Shown here: positions 25,329 to 38,500 of the stretch, piece after piece | Layout of the letters: every line of letters starts with the position of its first letter | Position numbering within the stretch: position 1 is the first letter of the stretch | Assembly: GCA_013265495.1 (NCBI GenBank) | Contig: MU058781.1 | Coordinates: 6,662,522 to 6,726,521 of the forward strand | Direction of reading: 5' to 3' | DNA: 64,000 bases | From: Vicugna vicugna | Lineage: Eukaryota | The notes under the pieces: generated by a model | Seen by the model: the letters and a program-made list of their open reading frames with translations, nothing else | Told to the model about the DNA's origin: nothing | Database searches by the model: none | Made by a program: the position numbers and the translations under genes

Positions 25329-25463
25329 CCCAGACTGCAGGTCATAGAGCGTCTGTGTGATTATGATGTTGAACACAGCATGGGAGCGGCTGCTTTCTTC
25401 ATTCATGTTGGTTGCAGCTACTGTCCGGGACTTATTTCCCTCAGACATCAATGACTCAATATC
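25329..25463 (-). CDS. KIF13A: KIF13A coding exon (~exon 8, 135 nt): [45 protein letters not shown]
   Basis: Acceptor cctctag|GAT, donor GGG|gtgagg; switch I NxxSSRSH. Confidence 0.97.
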
Positions 25464-26914
25464 CTAGAGGCAAAGCATAAAAAAATGTTATCAGCAAGAA
25501 ATATGAGAACACAATCCTGCCCATCAGGACAGAACATGTACTAATTATGACCCCTCTGACGCATGTCACCACCCTTCCACGTGCACCTCCCTGCCCCACC
25601 TCCACCCAGCCTGGTGTGAGCTTCCATTCTCTCAGTGTACGAATGTTTCTCCCATTCTTCCCCCCTGCAATTGCCCTCTTTCCCTGTTAATTACCTATTT
25701 TCCCTTTGCAAGTTCCTAAGGCGAAAAGAGCTAATATTTATTGAGCCTTCCAGATACCCAATAACAGTGGTTACTTCATTTCCCTCTAACTCTCCCGGAC
25801 AGCCATCTACTGCGTGCTGATCTGCCTCCTTTCTCCAACACTGTGGCTCTCCAAGGACAGGGACCTTTCCTTATTCAACTTTGTACACCTGCCTTAGAAC
25901 ACCCGGAACCTATGGGGTCTTATACAATGTCTGAAGGATGAGCCTTTATAAAAGAAGTATTTTCCTGATTTTGCACACAAGGACACTGAAGTTCATGGAG
26001 GTCAGATAATTTTTCCCATATCTAGTACGAGTTAGAGCTGGATGCAAAGCACAAGCTCCCCAGCTCTTACTTATAAGTGACAGGAGGAAGTGGACACTGA
26101 CCCGAGACACTGAGCTATGAGCCAGGCATCTTAGCAAAAGTGCTGACTTAGCGCCTTCCTGCCAGAGAGGGGTTTTAGTTCATTTCCGGATCTCAGTGTG
26201 TTTAAAGTGGTGACTGCACTCTATTTCTGATTTAAGCAATACTAAAACTGTCTACATTCAATTGGCTGGAGTGGGTTCCCCTGCAGATGAATTTTAGTCA
26301 CACTGAGCGTGAAGTGATGCAGGAACTGCCACGGCACATCTAAGGAGGGGGGTGAACTTGCTCATTTATTTATCAGCATTCTTCAGCAACAGACAGCAGT
26401 TTGTCTTAAGGGCTTTCTAAAGCAATGACAATAAAAGTAGGGGTAAAACATCGAGCCAGGATGTGAGAAGGCATTGACGTCAAGGAGTAGGACAAGGAAA
26501 CGGGTCAGTCAATGGAGGGAGGATCCAGTAGGGTGGAAAGGAATGGAAACTGAAGCAGGAGACTCTGTCAAAGGGAAAGGGCTGAATTAATTACCAAACA
26601 GTATTCACATAAGTCCAGATTTGTCCAGAAGGACATCCTGGCAACCTTGGGGAGAAGAGTTTCAAAGAGTGGCATTAGTGTAAACTCAGCAACGTCAAAT
26701 CGCTGGGCCTCTCGGCCACACTGCACAACCTTCACAACCAAGCAGGCTGAAGAGTGCCCTTTCTGTCTGTTTGGGGGGTGTTGATCCTGGGTTTCTGAGA
26801 CCGTGAATGGTATCAATATGCTGTAAAGCATCGCATAAAAATATATTCAACATTACTTATACACGTCGAATCACTGCCAGTTTTTTAATGACATTTTTTA
26901 AGAATGACACTTAC

Positions 26915-27002
26915 CTCAAAACTGGTGACAGCCAGTTGGGATAAACCATCTACATATGGTCCTAGAACTTTATGCTCCCGAACTTTAAGAGACTGTCTAC
27001 TC
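26915..27002 (-). CDS. KIF13A: KIF13A coding exon (~exon 7, 88 nt): SRQSLKVREHKVLGPYVDGLSQLAVTSFE
   Basis: Acceptor tttctcccaaag|G, donor GAG|gtaagt; LKVREH..GPYV motif. Confidence 0.96.
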
Positions 27003-29581
27003 CTTTGGGAGAAAGAAAAAAGGAATGAATGAATCAGACCCAGCTTGAAGCTTTTCTTTCTAAAAAGAAAGTACTTTAAAAAGTACTCAGAAGCTTAAGA
27101 TCGCCATTCCAGTAGAATTGCTTTTAACTATCAAAAAATAGTCTAAAAGCTACTTTATTTGGATTAGCAAAACAGCATTCCTTATGAGGAATGTCTTTTA
27201 TACTCTGATTTCTATTTATAGTAACTTACTATTTTAAAACTTCTATCTCTACTCCCAAACTAAACAGCCAGCACACAGAATACTAGGTCAGGCTAACTTG
27301 CTTTAGTAGATGAACTTCAGCTTCACACAGTAGGGGGGAAAATTAGGAAAAAAAAAAGAAAATGAAGCAAAGAACATGCCAGAACTGAATTTAACCTTCA
27401 GACTATTTTATTTAAAAAAAAAAAAGGCTGTTTTCTAAGCTGACAATTTTATACAGAAAGTGATGTTAAATTATAGTAATTGTTTGTAGTTACTGATATT
27501 TATCCTACATTTAGAATTGGCTCTTCTGATGAAGACTTTAGGGCTCTTCTGAATTTTTAAATGCCAAACTTGGTCTAGGACCCATCTGAAGAGCTTATCA
27601 ACAGATAAGTGAAGACGCAAAGCAAAGCTATGTATTGTGGCCATACTGTGTACGCCACCTTTTTCACAGCATCAGATACTGATCACCTTTCAAATCAAGA
27701 GTCAATGCTGGACATCACTCAAGTGTGGAAAAAAGTAACTAAGAATGACTGAGTACTTCCCGAAGTCTAGGCCTTGTTCCCTAAGAACTTCTCAGTTATC
27801 TCACTTAATCTTACAACAATCTCACAAAGTAGGTTCTACTAACTCTATTTTAAGGATGAAGAATGCAAGGTGACAACAAGCAATTCTGCTGTACCCTAAA
27901 CAAGGGCAGACCAAACACATGTCTTCAGAGCTGCTTGGATGCACAAGGACCAGAACTCAGCGCACTCTGCACAACCAGATTCTTTAACACTCCTCATGAA
28001 CAAGAAAAAGTCAACCTAACACCATATCAAGGTGTTGTGATGGTGTCTAACGTCTGGAGTTATTGTACATGGCTAGTGGGAGTGTCAACGGGTACAACCA
28101 TGTACAAACTCTTGGTACAAACTCCTGCATTTATATACCAGGAGAACTGTCCAAGAGTGCTCAGAGCAGCACTGAGGTGGTAAGAAGTGGAAACCATATA
28201 AATGACAGAAGATAGAATAAATAAATTATACTATAATCATGCAATGGAATGCTAAAGAGCAGTAAAATGAACGAATTATTACTTCATATATCACAACAAG
28301 TGAATTATTAAGGGGAAAAGTAGCCATTCACCAAAGGACCCGTATTATGACGTCACTTACACAAAGTTAAAAATTGTGCAAAATTATGTGTAAACTCTTA
28401 AAGACGAGGAAGACAATAAGAAACATAAAATTTATAATAGCAGTTACCTTGGGGAGTGGTAGAGACTGAAATAGGATCAAAGAGGAACATACAGGTGGCT
28501 TCAGAAACATGGGTCATGTTCCATTTACTATGCCAAATGGTGAGTAGGGCAGCTGTTGATTTTATTATTGTTCATACCTCACATGTATTATAAACGTTCT
28601 TTCATAAGGATTAAAGAGTTATTAACTTAAAAGTAAACAAAACATTTCCTATGACTGGGTCACTTCCTTGCCACCCCCAATTTTGATCTTATACCTTTCA
28701 TTATGCCTTTGATTATACAACTGCTAAAAGCATTTAAATTTATTTTTAATGACATGAGAAAGTACTCATCCTGTTATATAAAAAAAAAAAACTCAGGATA
28801 CTGAATTGTATGTAGAGAATAACCTCAACACACACACCACACACACCACCTGGAGATTTGAAACACAGGATCAAAAAGTACCAAAGGGTTAACAGAAGCT
28901 ATTTGTGAGTGGCAGGATTATAGGTCATTTTTATTTCTTCTTACATTTTACTTATTTTCTAAATTTTTATAAATATATATTATTTTAAAAATCAGTAAAA
29001 ATTTTTTAATTAAAAAAAAGTAAATGGCCCTCTCCTTTCTCTATGAATCAAACTCATCTAGCTTTTATCACCTAGTTATAAAAAATTACAGATGCCTGTG
29101 TCTCCCTCTAGGTCTACTGAATAGTCTCTATAGGTGGGGCTCAGGCCCACGGGTCCTGAAAACAATCTCCCGAGTGATTCTGACGCACATCCCGGGAAAA
29201 AAACGACTTGCCTAGGCTGGGTCGTGTGAATCCCTCAACCACTCTGCCATTTAGAGGTGCTGCTTTCCAACGTAAATGGAAGGACCAATGTGTTGTTCTT
29301 AACTCAATTTTTACGAATGAACCATAGTGGCAAAATAACATCAACAGTAAAAAAAAAAAATCCTTTTAAATGGCATATGTGAGCAACTTTATACACGAAT
29401 ATAGGATGAACCATGGCTACTGGATACACCAACAGGCTCTGAGGAGCTGATGATTTCAGTAAATGAACTGAAACCAGAACAGTGACCAAGGGCTCAAATT
29501 CACATACTCCCGCAACTTTAACTTCAGGATCATTTAAAATTATTACTCTAATTACAAGGTTAATTTCAACCACTAACTTAC

Positions 29582-29762
29582 CCTTTGGGGTCTAAAAGAT
29601 CCCGAACTTTCTCATTATAAATTTCCATATAGGATACTTCGACTTTAAAGGTCTGCGACTCATTCTGCTCCAGAGAGATCCTTTGAAATAAAGCGCAGCA
29701 GAGCCTGGGGATGAGGCCCCGCTGCTCAGCATTGCCCATCATGGAGAAGGATTTTCCTGAGC
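29582..29762 (-). CDS. KIF13A: KIF13A coding exon (~exon 6, 181 nt): (G)SGKSFSMMGNAEQRGLIPRLCCALFQRISLEQNESQTFKVEVSYMEIYNEKVRDLLDPK(G)
   Basis: Acceptor ttctccag|GC, donor GG|gtaagt; second half of P-loop and SYMEIYNE motif. Confidence 0.97.
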
Positions 29763-30654
29763 CTGGAGAAAGGCAAGCAGAAAGAAAGGAGGACGGACGA
29801 GGAAGCAAAATGTAATGCTTCAACCAGACAAGTGTTCTGCGTCCATCAGCCAAGGTCACACAGCAGAAGTAGTCACCTGGCCCTCAAATCCAGGTCCCCA
29901 GACACCAAGGCTACTATTCTTCCCACTACACTCATGGCCTTCATTTCAACTCTCCCTGCGAGATCCGGGGGACATCTCCTTTACAGATGGATGGGTACCA
30001 ATGTAACCACCACCAATACATAGTCTTCAAAAGTACGTATGTTAAGTATCAACTATACAGCATCAAGTTCCATTAACAGCATTTATCCACCAAATATTTC
30101 ACATTTGTAAAAGTGCTGTGATATATACTCTCCTGGTTGTCCTGCGATGTGACAATTGGCAGTATTGTCATGATTTATTCCAACTTTACAGTTGAAATAA
30201 TGGTGGCTCAGAGGGTTAATGGCTGAGCCACTAGTCTGTCTTCGTTTTGCTTGTTCCAACCAACTGTACCACTAGACTAGGTTTAATAAATAACCTATCA
30301 TCACTTTCGTATCCTGGTGAAAGTCCTCTGTACAGGATGACACTAGGAGTTTTTCTATAGTTTTTCACTATAACACTTACACTGAAAACTGGTAATTATT
30401 CTCTTAGTCCGAAATCAGGTTAAAACTATAATTTAGGAAAATGACACTTAATAGTTTGAAACTAGCTTTGCTCATAAACACTGAAATTACTCAATTACCA
30501 CAACTGTTGAACCTCCAAAAGAGGATTAGTTTTGATCACCTAACTCAGCTAAACCCATGAAGTCAGAAGCATTCTCCCCAAAGTGTTCTCTAATTCTGTG
30601 TTTTAAGAAATATACATCTTATACCATTGACTGCAAAGGAAAACAGCGACTTAC

Positions 30655-30747
30655 CTGTCTGTCCATATGCAAAAATGCAAGCATTATACCCCTGAAAGGC
30701 TTTTTCAAGAATTCCTTCCCCAAGGCACTTGAAAACCACCTCCTGAC
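30655..30747 (-). CDS. KIF13A: KIF13A coding exon (~exon 5, 93 nt): (G)[30 protein letters not shown](G)
   Basis: Acceptor poly(T)-aag|GT, donor ACAG|gtaagt; [12 protein letters not shown] leads into the P-loop. Missed by the ORF track. Confidence 0.96.
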
Positions 30748-31799
30748 CTTAAAAAAAAAAAAGCAAAAAATATAAAAAGAGAACATGGTTTTTCTTGACA
30801 TATTTGTATTAATAACTGAGCCCCAGTCATGAACAACATTTTCTCAACCCCAAAAAAATGTTAAGTGTATCGCACAGCTACTGTTTGTAGGGCTGTGTGT
30901 TAACAGTTCAATATATGCAATTTTATTGACTCGTCTAAACTATAGCGCAGCACCTGGCTCAATTTATGATCTTACCCATTGTTTCCATCTAAGTCATTCC
31001 TCTGGGCATTACAATTTCCTGCATGGCTATTGTCTGTGGGCCATATGGAAGCATCATTGAAGTTTGGTTGAGTTTCTTCTCCTGAGTTAGTATTAAAGTG
31101 TCATTCAACATAAATTGTCTTATCTCTCCATCTGGACTCTGAGCTTCCGATGAGCCAGAAACCACATCATACACATCTTGGTGTGTGTGTGCACCTCTGC
31201 CCTAGCATGGTGCTAAGTACCTGCCAGGTGCTGAGAAACTGTTCACTGCTGGTAGAGGTGATGAGCTGAGCACAGACACCTTTCACCTGTGTTCCCACAG
31301 AGGGTTCAGGGACAAGTTCTCTTCTGTGAGCCCATCTACAGCTAACTGCAACTCTTGGGGGTGTTCTGCCATGTACTATATACACTATGGTAGTGTCCAG
31401 CTGAAGAATAGAGGTGTGAAAATCTTTTTAAACACTTAAAGAAGCATTTACTAACCCTTTGAAATTGGTGCCTATTCATCCTCCATCATTAGCAGAATTA
31501 AAGTGATAATTCTCCTTCCTCTCTGCAGAAACTCTTGGTTTAAGTACCTCTTTCCTCCACTGGAACGAGCAGCCCCTGACTGATGTCAGAGGCTATAATC
31601 TGTTTATCTTTGTAATCCTAGTGCCTAGTACAAAGTGCTTAATAAATGTTTATCCAAAGACGAGTCAGTTTAATCTTTTTATCCTACCTGACAACTCCTT
31701 TCACATTTGGGAATAATGCAACGTAACCTAAGCTTTGGGGTGTATGTTTTTCTTTCATGTATCTGATTTTAGCAGCCTCTTGTTATACTATGACTCATC

Positions 31800-32370
31800 A
31801 TGGATGGAACTCTTAAAAGTGCAAACGTGAAGCAAGAAATAATATTGTCAGTCATTAGGTTGGCAAAAAATAAACTTTTGACAATATCAAATGTAGCTGG
31901 ATGGAAGAAACAGGTATTTTCATAAGCTGCCAGCAGGAGAATCAGCAAATGCAGCCATTCTAAGGAAAACCTCCCAGCACCTATAAAAGGGACCACGCCC
32001 AGGCCCTCTGATCCACTGTGAGGCATCTGCTCTAGAGACTCACCCCGACAAGAGACCCCTGTGAAAGGATGTTCATGGCAGCATTATTTATAATACCATG
32101 AGCTGGAATCAAGTTAAATGTTCATTAGTAAGGGAGCAGATAAGTAAAATGTGACTATTTTGCATGATGGAATATCACACACCATATTAAAAAAAACAAA
32201 ACAAATCACATGTAAACAATGCTAGAATTCAAACACATTGTTGAATAAAAACAAAAAGTTCAGCTGTACGTATAATGCAATAATTTTTGTCAAGAAGCGT
32301 GTATGTGGGAAATCTATGTGTGCTAAAGTAAGAAAAAAAAGGATTGGAAGAAAATATACCAAATTTACAT
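31800..32370 (+). mobile_element. Old L1ME-like fragment
   Basis: aaggatgttcatggcagcattattta..aaatgttcattagtaaggg..gatggaatatc motifs; approximate. Confidence 0.55.
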
Positions 32371-33411
32371 AACCTTATTTCTCAATTTCTGACTTCCATC
32401 TAAGAGGAATTTTTAAAATGTTGATGGAATATGTGAATTTTTTTTAAAAAGGGTGTAACTGTAAGAGGTTTTCCTAAGAATACAGGTTTGTTGTGAAGAC
32501 TGCCTAAAGATGTGTGTGTATGTACACACAAACACACACTGAGAAGAATCAAGTATTGTCAAAATTATCCACTAAACACACACTTTCAAAACTGCTTTTA
32601 TGTTAGAGTTAAGCTGGTAGAGTCCTGGGTTCATCAAGAAAATATCTGACCCATCCTGTTGCTGATCTTTCAAAAACACTGATATTTTTTTCTGATACGT
32701 TTTCTCAGAAGACATTTCTCATTCCACATGTATTCCCAAGGCCCAGGCCTAAGCACAGGCTTAAATCTATTTAACACAGCCAGTAGTCAGGCTTGTGATG
32801 GTGGTCCTCAGTCAGGCCCCAAGTGTGGTCTGTCAGTCGAAGGCATTCAAAAAGAACTGCTTTCTTGGCACAAAGAGGGGTGGAGCAATCTCCTTTGATC
32901 TTCCACACTGGTGAACCAGCCCCCAGAAAGGGAGTGGCTGAGGGTGGGGACAAGACACTCTAAGACTCGGCTAGGGCAAACATCCTATGAATTGTAATTC
33001 ATAACTTCAATTCATATTTAGTAACCTAAAAAACAGCAAGGGCTGGAGTTGAGGAAAGGATTAAGCTGCAGAGAAGCACTGGGGCCAAGGAGCTTTCACC
33101 CTGGCTTTGCAGAGCCTGAAGTCATTAACCAATCAAGAATTCATATCTGCTCGCTTGTCAGGTAGTGAAATGGAATACTTTCTGGTTTCTGCTCCTGGTG
33201 CTGAGTAGGCTGGAATTACGCGAAATTATTTTCTCAGTGTTTTTCCAAGGGCAAAACACAAGGTTTCTTTTTCCTTGTTAGGAATGGCCTTTTTAAACCA
33301 AAGATCATTAGCTGAAAAAACAAGAATGACTGCTATAAAGCTACATAAAACAGGTTTATGACGTGTCATAAACAGCCACCCAGGGTGTGCACATTAAAAC
33401 TACAGTAGAAA

Positions 33412-33663
33412 GGGACAGACTGGGAGTTCGAAATTTGTAGATACTGACAGGTATATATAGAACAGATAAGCAAGATTATACTGTATAACACAGAGAAATG
33501 TATACAAGATCTTGTGGTAGCTCACAGCGAAAAAGTATGTGACAATGAATATGTATAAGTTCATGTATAACTGAAAAATTGTATTCTATACTGGAAACTG
33601 ACACAACATTGTAAACTGACTATAACTCAATAAAATAAAATTAAAATTAAAAATAAAATAAAA
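33412..33663 (+). mobile_element. 5'-truncated L1 3'UTR fragment, same family as the 50-53 kb element
   Basis: Closely similar to 52905-53120; A-rich tail; TSD tacagtagaaa at 33401-33411 and 33664-33674. Confidence 0.9.
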
Positions 33664-35460
33664 TACAGTAGAAATAAACCAAATGATTAAAGAGTGCTCT
33701 AGGACAGAAAAACATAAGAATAAACTTAAGTTTGGCCTATTTCCAAATTATTGCCAATACTAAATAGGATCTGAATTAACCTATTTAACTTGTATACTTT
33801 TATTGTGTATACTAAAAAGAAAAAATTAATTTTTTGTCAACTGAACCGTTTACAGCACACTTTATATATTCTTTATCACGGAATCTTTGCAATACCCAGG
33901 TGTGGTAGGTATGGATCATAACCAATAAAGAGATGGGGGCGGGGCTCTTAAAGAGTGAGTCATCTGCCCAGGATTAGGCCACCAGTGAGTGGCAAGGCCT
34001 GAGTCTGTGGGTGCTACTCCCAAACGGGCTGAGCTCATCCGCAATCAGTGGCTCGTGCTGCATGGCACAGAGAATCAGTTATTCCCACCTCTGGTCTCCA
34101 TGGTAATTTTTTTTTCAAACAAATCCAGAACTTATCACACTGCAGTATTTTTCCCCCATCCCCATTTTGTCTCTTCTACTGAATTGCGAGCTTTGAGAAC
34201 AGGAGCTGTAGCATCTTCGCAGAGTACCTGGCCTGGAAGCACTTTCATTTACCAAATTGTTCCTCTGTTGACACTGCTGTTCTCAAACTAATGTGTATTT
34301 AATCGGGGGCCCCCTCTCCTCATTAGTGATGACTGAGGCATCAAAATATTGTTTACTGAACTTAAAAAGAAACGTTTAATTGTAGAGTTTACACTTGGTC
34401 GAAGTCTGGCTGTTTTTGAAATTCTAATGAGCCCCTAAAGATTACAATCATCTTTGTTAAGTGAGGTGCTGGGTTGTGAATAGACGTGTCAACATATGTA
34501 ATCACTAATTGAATAATTCTGATGAAAATTACAGATTACACTTTTACAGACACCCATAGTTACCTCCTACACATTGAAACAAAATATGTGACTGAAAAAA
34601 AAAATAGACTAGTCTCTTTGATTTCCACTACATGAATACATACACTTTCCAAAAAGTCAAGTTCTTTCAGTTAGATATTTAGTTACATTTGACAGACAGA
34701 ATATAATTCAGATTTATTATATTTAATAAAGTTTTAGTTATAAGTAGGAGAGGAAAAAATTCTGGGAAACATGAAATGGAACATGGAAAAGCCGAAAACA
34801 ATTATACTGTGTTTCTGGAAACAATTTTTCTCTTTTATGTCCTTAAATATCTATCCCAAAATGATACATAAAGTGATAAATGCAAAGAACTATATTGTAA
34901 AGTTCATGTATTTTTACAAACCTAAGCAAGACTGGATTCTAGAGAGACTGGAACCCATTTTATCACTATGGCTTCATGTCTGGAGGGAAATTTACTCAAA
35001 GACAAGGCATAATGAACACTTTCGCACTCCTACAAAGATATACTAACTTTTTTTTTAAAAGCTGCTTAGCTCCCACTATGTGCTTACCCGATGCAGTCAG
35101 CTCCCTGCTATGGATATTTAGATGATTTCCCTTTCCTTTATTTCTGCAATATTTATCCTTATGTATGTATCTTTGTGCACTTTTCTATTCACTTTACTAG
35201 GCAAACTTCCAAAAGATCAAATTACTAACTCCTCTAGCAATCGTGAGCCTTCTTTCTACACCTTCAATAACACTGGCTATTAGCGTTCTTTTTGGTTTTG
35301 ACTAAATCAACAGGAAAAAAAAGAAAGCCTCTTGTTTTGTTAAATTAAAATTTCCCTTTCCTTAGTTTATTGTCCATTTCTATTTATTCTATAGTAAACT
35401 ATTTGGGTCCTATGTTTATGTTTATAAATCAATTGGTTTAGTTGTTAATTTTTTAAAATA

Positions 35461-35547
35461 TTAATTTTTAAAATGCCCATCATATATTAAGGATATTAAC
35501 CTTTTAATTTTTAAAATGCCCATCATATATTAAGGATATTAACCTTT
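35461..35547. repeat. Perfect 43-bp tandem duplication
   Basis: ttaatttttaaaatgcccatcatatattaaggatattaacctt at 35461 and 35504. Confidence 0.95.
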
Positions 35548-38500
35548 GGTCTATCATACATTGCACATTTTTTTTCCCACCAGTCTGTTATTTATTTTTC
35601 AGTCTTCTGTTGTTCTTTGTCATACAAAAGCTTTTTGTCTTTCACATTCAAATCTCTCATCTTTTTCTGTATGATTTTCATCTATGGCATATGTTATGCT
35701 TCCAAAATCGTTCTGGATTATTATTACCCCAAATTACACAGCATATTTTCTTCTAGTTTTGTTTTTGATTTATACAGTTTTAGTTCCAAACCTGAGTTCT
35801 ACTCCTTACCAGCTACGTAACCTTGGGCAAGACCTCAGTTTCTTCATCAGTAAAACAGGAATGACAGTTGCTATCTTACTGTTGCTGGTATGAAATAATA
35901 AGGCAATACGGTAAAGCACTTACCATAGGGTCCGGCCATTAGAAGCCTAGAATATATTTTAGCTAATGTCTATAATTAATACCATCCCTTAAATCTTTAA
36001 TCAACTAAAATTCATTTTGGTGTAGAAAAGGAGGTAATCATCTAATTATTTTTCCTTTAATAGTTCCTCCATCTTTGTAACAATTCTGTGAGGCAATCCA
36101 ATTTTAAAGGCAAAAGAAAAGACACTTACTCTTAGAAACAAATAATTTAAAGGAATCATTTATTGCTCTTTCTCTCACACCCCTAGGGGTCCCACTTTTA
36201 AGACTGCACTGACCAAATACAATGGTGGTGGTGTACTCACACTTGAGAGAAAGAAAGGAAGAAAGGGGTGTGTAAACGTGTGTGTGTTTTGGGTCATGAT
36301 GAGGAGAGGAAGAAGGAACAGCAACATTAATAATTATCTGGGCCAGAATATGCTGACCCATGTTGTTCAGCGGAGGAAGAATATTTACCATTTAACATTT
36401 TTTCTTGTAACATTATCTCAGAAAGGTACAGGGGGAAAAACAACTTAATAAATCATATCAATAAAATTATGAATAGAGCTCCCTTTATTTTTTTATTCTG
36501 GTGCCGCTGTAGCTGTAGGAACCCCTAGCTGGGGTTATACCTAATCAATTCTTTGGTTTCATGGCTTTCAGGCATCACTGGTACAATAAATGATTTTTTA
36601 AAAAACCTAATAAGACTGTCAACCGAAGCCTAAAAATGCCGGCAGACACTATACAGGTGCCTGTCCTCCTCAGCATAAACCAGCTCTCTACAAAACTTCA
36701 CCCTGCGATGGAGAGAAAATATTAACTACCAAAGACACTTACACAGTCTACTAAGGAGAGTCTGGTTTCTCCGAAAGACTGAAGGTTTTTTTTTTCCCCT
36801 CTTTTGTTCCTTCTATTTTTCAAACACAGCAGTCCCTTTTTTCAGCATAGGAAAAAAAACGACTTGCCAACTGCTCTTCGAAGCTCAGCTCACCAATAAA
36901 AAAGGAGCTGTGTGTGCTGCTGGTTGGTGGGAATCAGGGAACCCACAGAAGATGCACCATCCCCACCACAAACGTTTCCCGACAAGAGAGCACACTCAGA
37001 TGGAGTGAAGCGTGTCTGTCTAGGGGAGTGAGTACCAGCCCCGCAGCCCAGGAGGGACAGAGCAGCAGTCCCAAGGGGAACGGGAGGAGCTGTGAGCATC
37101 TGTTTCTAGCCCAGACAACCTGAGCAAAGGCACAACACACTCCAACCCAGGAAGAGCCTCGTGGCTTTTACACAGGCCCTATGCCAGGGCCGCTCTGCAG
37201 ACGTCAGCTCCACATGCCTGGCACAGGGAGTCCACAGGGCAAACCTGACCTCACTTGTTCATAACCATGACCAAGATGCCAATTTCCTCTGTGGGGTTTA
37301 TGATTAGACACCTAGAACCGTGTGGACAAGTCTTAAAGCACAGGCATGCCCAAAGCAACCCACAACAGAATGTCAGAACAGCAGAGCAGAGTCACAGACC
37401 TGACCCACCCAACCCTGAGTCACACAATACAGGTCTTTGAAAAGCTAACACCCTGAGTCTCTACACTTGTGATACTCTGTCCCCACAGGGAGTAGCAGCA
37501 ATGGCCTCAAAGCTGGTAGGCCTGTGCACTGGGAGCCAGGTAACCAGGGTAACTCTCTATCGCAGGGCCCAGACAGCAAAGCAGAGGAGATGAGAAACTA
37601 GGGGTGGAAGGGAAAGCACATACCACGCATCTACTAACACTTGACTACCGATGAGGAACTGGGTGAAACATACCGGTGAGTACGTGTTAGGAAGAGGAAG
37701 AACAAAATCAGAGGGCATAACCTTATCTTACTCACAATCTACACTCCACAAGGCAGCCTCACATAGATCACGGCTGAAAGAAACACTATGTCAATACGAG
37801 GCTGGCCAAGACACAGGCACAGAGTTATTTCTAAAACAGCGACATGGAAGAGCAGTCAAGACTTTTCAACACAATCAATAATTTTGTCACTTTAAACACA
37901 ATCTCCAGTTTTCCTTCTTTTCCCCAGCTCTTTTCTCATTGGAGTTAGAGTGAAAACAAATGGCTAAGCCCAATATTTTTTATTCTAAATTCCCGGGCCT
38001 ACTCGTTTGGGAGGGTGTTTTTCCACTCCTGACAAGGGGGACAGCCCTAATGATTCTGATGAGTCTGGACTTGGCAGGTGGCCCAGCTCCAAATCGGAGC
38101 ACCTGGACAGCACAAGACCAGTCAAGTTCTTCACACATACCTAAAGGGCTGAGGAATGCCTAACTCGGAGGTTTCAGTAAAGCTCTTTCAAACGGTGCAA
38201 CTGTCAGAAATTGTCGCATGTAGGGACTTTAAACCTGGTTTACATTCAATGACCAAAAACTATGTAGTTTAGATAAAAGAACTAGGGCTTTAAAGCCTGA
38301 CTTGATGACACTAGATTTAAGTTTTAATCAATTACAGAAGTTTGTCATTAAGGGGCCTGGTAAAAGGATCCCAAGAAACTGGGCCAAGGGGGTCAAGGTA
38401 GACCAGGGGGCCGTTTTCCGCAGTGGCCCCCAGGAGCTACCAGCACTGCTGTCCTCAGGAGCCTCACTTGCAGCGGGGCGTGGGTGACTCACCCGGATGG

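Noticed and set aside
29715..29740. Motor-loop residues NAEQR, where I recall HAEQL in human
   Set aside because: Relies on memory of the human sequence, and such substitutions in a variable loop are ordinary species divergence.
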